Positions 60,944 to 64,000 of a stretch of 64,000 bases of DNA are shown one piece after another (within the stretch, counting starts at the first letter, position 1; the number at the start of each line of letters is the position of its first letter). This DNA comes from Hormiphora californensis (Eukaryota > Animalia > Ctenophora). The notes beneath the pieces were generated by a model, which did not search any database, was not told the DNA's origin, and saw only the letters and a program-made list of their open reading frames with translations. The stretch spans positions 1,798,001 to 1,862,000 of the forward strand of contig CM035352.1 in the NCBI GenBank assembly GCA_020137815.1. The letters run 5' to 3'. Made by a program: the position numbers and the translations under genes.

Positions 60944-63900
60944 CTAACCCCTGAATCGGTCAGGTGGTTTGACATGAGCTCGAAGCCTGATTCTCCGGTC
61001 ATTTCCTCCTGTAACTGGCGGAGAGGTTTGGTCTGGAGAAGGTGTTTCCGCTGTATCATGGTCATCTTCGGGTTGCTCTGGTGTTGGAGAAGATGTTTCC
61101 GCTGTATCATGGTCATCTTCGGGTTGCTCTGGTGTTGGCACGATTTCAACTGAAGTTTCGTTACAATCCGGGTGATCTGCATTTGCATGCTGAACTAGAA
61201 CTGGCATCATTGGTGGGTTTGATTCGGTTTCCTTCAGTTTCTCCGAATTTTTACACTCTACCGTTTTGCCGTTGCGTGCAAATAACTTCAACTTTCCCAC
61301 ACCAATAACCTTGTCTCCTACGCTCATCTTCACTCTGTAGAGGTAAGGGCTGATCACTTCGCTCACCGAGAAGGGTCCCTCGAACCTAGGTCCAAATTTA
61401 TGAACCGGGCACGGGATTTTCACCAGAACTTGATCTCCAATTGCAAGCTCCGGGTCATTTAGTCTCTTGTTGAATTGCTTTTTGGCCGCTATTAGGTCTT
61501 CATCCACGTTCTGCCTGATTTTGTAACTCAAGTTACAGATTTCTCGGTAGCGGTTGTAGACGGACGCTGGAATGCCCATCTGTGGAGTCTTATCCTTTTT
61601 ATCCATGGGTCGGCGAAGATGTAACGCATCAGGCATGTTTGGTTCTGTGCCAAATACAATCCTGTGTGCCGTGAAGCCTGTTCTTCTGGATCTGGTGTTG
61701 TTTAGCTTGAAACACACTTGGTCAAGATGCAAGTCCCAATCTTTAGGGTTGGATTCAAACAGGGTTGCTCTGAGGATTCGATCAATCTTTTTGTTGCTAT
61801 TTTCAGCACGTCCAGTACTGCGGGCTGAATAAGCTTGGCCGTGTTGAACTTTCACGTTTAGCTTTTCGAAGAAATCCTTGAATTCTTTGCCGTTGAAGTT
61901 TTGATGTTGATCACAGATTATTTCTCTCGGCCAACCAAATTTCCAGATCCAATGAGCGAGAATTTTCTCACGGCTCTCAACGGATGTTTGGGTCTTCGTA
62001 GGCACTGCAACTAGAAAGTTTGAATAAACGTCTGTAATTGTTAGGACGTTCTTGTTGCCTCTTATCGTCGATCCACGGGCTTCTGGAACGATATGATCGA
62101 TTACAATAACGGCGTTGAATTCGTGACACACAAATGTGGCCATCTCGGCTTGGAAGGTCTGTTGACGCTGTTTGTTTGAGGCACAATTTACACACTGACC
62201 GATGTATAGTCCGACTTGTTTGGGCTGGGCCGGCCAGTAAAAGTTTCTTCGTAGGTGATCAACTGTTGCACTGACTCCGGCGTGACCTGTGTGGAAGTCA
62301 TGAGCCTGTCTGATAAGCTCTTCTCGCTCCTTCATAGGTACCACGATCAGCCAGTTGGAATCATTTGTCTTTATATCGAGCCATTTTCTTTGCAAAACAC
62401 CATCCTCTAACCGGAGCAGCTGGTATTGTTTCCACAAAGACTCTAGATCAGGTGGGGCCCTGTTGGCTTGTACCACTTGTCTATTCCCGTCACTCACCCA
62501 TTTTCTCACTAATTTTAGAATGTCATCTTGCTCCTGGGCAGTTTCCCATTCAGTCCATGTCTTTCCTGCTACGGGGATATCTACCCCGTTTTGCTGGATC
62601 GATGCGCATAAACAATGAATCTCCTGCTCATATGACCATTCTTTTTCTTCTTCTTCGTTATTTTCAGTCATGACTTTTTCTGGACAGGTGCTTATTTCTT
62701 CACAGCTCACCAAATCGTTGAGTATTTTACAAAGGCCTAGAGTTTCTTCAGAGCCAATACTCTCATGTTGCGGGTGGCTGTCTTCATCTGATTGGGTGGG
62801 TGGCTTGTCTTCATTACTGAAGTATTCATATTCCGTGACGTACGATGCTGCAGGAAACTGAGTGCTCTTTATGAGAAAGACTTCGCACTCGCTCACACTG
62901 TTAACTCGTATTGTCGACAGAGATATGTCTTCAGAGGAATCTTCAGTAGACATGTACGTTCCTGTATCCACGCTGCTACTCGAGCAGTCTTCATGGTTGG
63001 ACTCTGTGTCTGCTTCGGACTCTGTGGAGTTGTGACGATCCTCAGGTATCTTTCGGATGACATCTTGTTGCATCTCTTCGTTGTTTCTATCACATAGATT
63101 TACAACCTTGACAACTTTAGTCAAATCTTCATGAGTTTGAGGTGTCGTTTGTGTTTCGGCTTCGGTCTTGGTTGGCGGAAGGCTGAACCTCGACAACCAG
63201 TCACACATCTTGTTTTCCGGGCCACTTAAATGTCGGAGTTTGAAGTTGAACTCGGCTAACTTCATAACTTTCTTGGTTACCGCGTTGTCTGGCTTCGTGA
63301 ACAGGGTACCTTCGGCTTTTACCAAGGATAAACAGTCTGTTATGACGACAAACTGTTTCACGTTATAAAGATATATGGTCCAGTGCTGGATTGCTGCGAA
63401 CAGAGCCTCGAACTCCAGCTTCGTCTGTCCCCGTGCTCTCTTGTACTCGGGGAGAGCTCGGCTGTAGTAAGCGACAATCCTTCGTTCTCTACCACCTTCA
63501 GGTGTATCCAATTCCTGGGATAGGGAGGCGCCTAAACCTTTCTCACTGGCATCTAGTGTGACCTCGTAGGAGCTGTAAGGATCTTCTGGATTTGGTATTG
63601 CAAGCTGTGTACTTTCCGCGACGAGTTGCTTCAGCTTCGCATAAGCTTCACTACATTCCTTTGTCCATTTGAATTTCTGCTCCTTTCCTCCGCGTATGGA
63701 AGCGAATATTGGCTTACTGATGGAACTGTAGGCTGGAATCCACTTTCTCACATAGTTCAGGGCACCCATTGCTTGCATGACCTCTTTCTTTGATTCAGGC
63801 TCACGGAGTGCTAGGAGGTCAGCTACACGGTCTTCAGTGATACTTATACCGCCACCGCTGACACGAACTCCAACGAAATCAACTGCATCTCTCATCAGCT

Positions 63901-64000
63901 GACTTTTGTCGGGTGAAATCTTGAGGTTCGCACCATACAATCTGGACAGAAGCCGTTCCAACCGATCAAGGTGCTGGTCAGCTGTGACAGAAGATAGGAG
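60944..64000 (-). CDS. Ty3/Gypsy pol polyprotein (RT C-terminus, RNase H, integrase), 5'-partial
   Basis: VDFVG, TLDASEKGLGASLSQ, VAYYSR, ITDCLSL, CDWLSR, zinc finger H..H..C..C, D-D-E core (VIDH, ICDQ, RAEN) and GPF module. RT-RH-IN order is Gypsy-type. Confidence 0.93.
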   Translation of the reverse strand, partial: LLSSVTADQHLDRLERLLSRLYGANLKISPDKSQLMRDAVDFVGVRVSGGGISITEDRVADLLALREPESKKEVMQAMGALNYVRKWIPAYSSISKPIFASIRGGKEQKFKWTKECSEAYAKLKQLVAESTQLAIPNPEDPYSSYEVTLDASEKGLGASLSQELDTPEGGRERRIVAYYSRALPEYKRARGQTKLEFEALFAAIQHWTIYLYNVKQFVVITDCLSLVKAEGTLFTKPDNAVTKKVMKLAEFNFKLRHLSGPENKMCDWLSRFSLPPTKTEAETQTTPQTHEDLTKVVKVVNLCDRNNEEMQQDVIRKIPEDRHNSTESEADTESNHEDCSSSSVDTGTYMSTEDSSEDISLSTIRVNSVSECEVFLIKSTQFPAASYVTEYEYFSNEDKPPTQSDEDSHPQHESIGSEETLGLCKILNDLVSCEEISTCPEKVMTENNEEEEKEWSYEQEIHCLCASIQQNGVDIPVAGKTWTEWETAQEQDDILKLVRKWVSDGNRQVVQANRAPPDLESLWKQYQLLRLEDGVLQRKWLDIKTNDSNWLIVVPMKEREELIRQAHDFHTGHAGVSATVDHLRRNFYWPAQPKQVGLYIGQCVNCASNKQRQQTFQAEMATFVCHEFNAVIVIDHIVPEARGSTIRGNKNVLTITDVYSNFLVAVPTKTQTSVESREKILAHWIWKFGWPREIICDQHQNFNGKEFKDFFEKLNVKVQHGQAYSARSTGRAENSNKKIDRILRATLFESNPKDWDLHLDQVCFKLNNTRSRRTGFTAHRIVFGTEPNMPDALHLRRPMDKKDKTPQMGIPASVYNRYREICNLSYKIRQNVDEDLIAAKKQFNKRLNDPELAIGDQVLVKIPCPVHKFGPRFEGPFSVSEVISPYLYRVKMSVGDKVIGVGKLKLFARNGKTVECKNSEKLKETESNPPMMPVLVQHANADHPDCNETSVEIVPTPEQPEDDHDTAETSSPTPEQPEDDHDTAETPSPDQTSPPVTGGNDRRIRLRAHVKPPDRFRG

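Overview
Intron-rich animal genomic DNA, not prokaryotic. A ctenophore is my unproven guess from the repeat and gene style. Genes in order: (1) the 3' part of an intronless TMC channel gene (+), broken by single-base frameshifts; (2) a lebercilin (LCA5-family) ciliary gene (+) with three candidate alternative first exons; (3) an 18.7-kb secreted multidomain gene (-): signal peptide, many TSP1-like repeats, Ig-like domains and a C-terminal intelectin/fibrinogen-like domain; (4) a probably headless myosin-tail coiled-coil gene (-); (5) a cluster of five small single-pass membrane genes, most with poly-Cys juxtamembrane tails and a C-terminal YE[QEK]V motif. Mobile DNA is abundant: TIR/MITE elements (Merlin-, Kolobok-, Tc1/mariner-, foldback- and Crypton-like), CRE-type and RTE-X/L2-group LINE remnants, and a Gypsy LTR element. 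The most unusual signals are: tandem duplications that copy 3' splice sites plus exon starts (up to ~18 competing acceptors, only the last keeping the frame); the small adaptor-like membrane gene cluster; and a Crypton-like insertion that could be spliced out in frame as a new intron. Most host-gene frameshifts fall in short homopolymers and look like long-read assembly errors. All gene models were spliced by eye and no database search was run.
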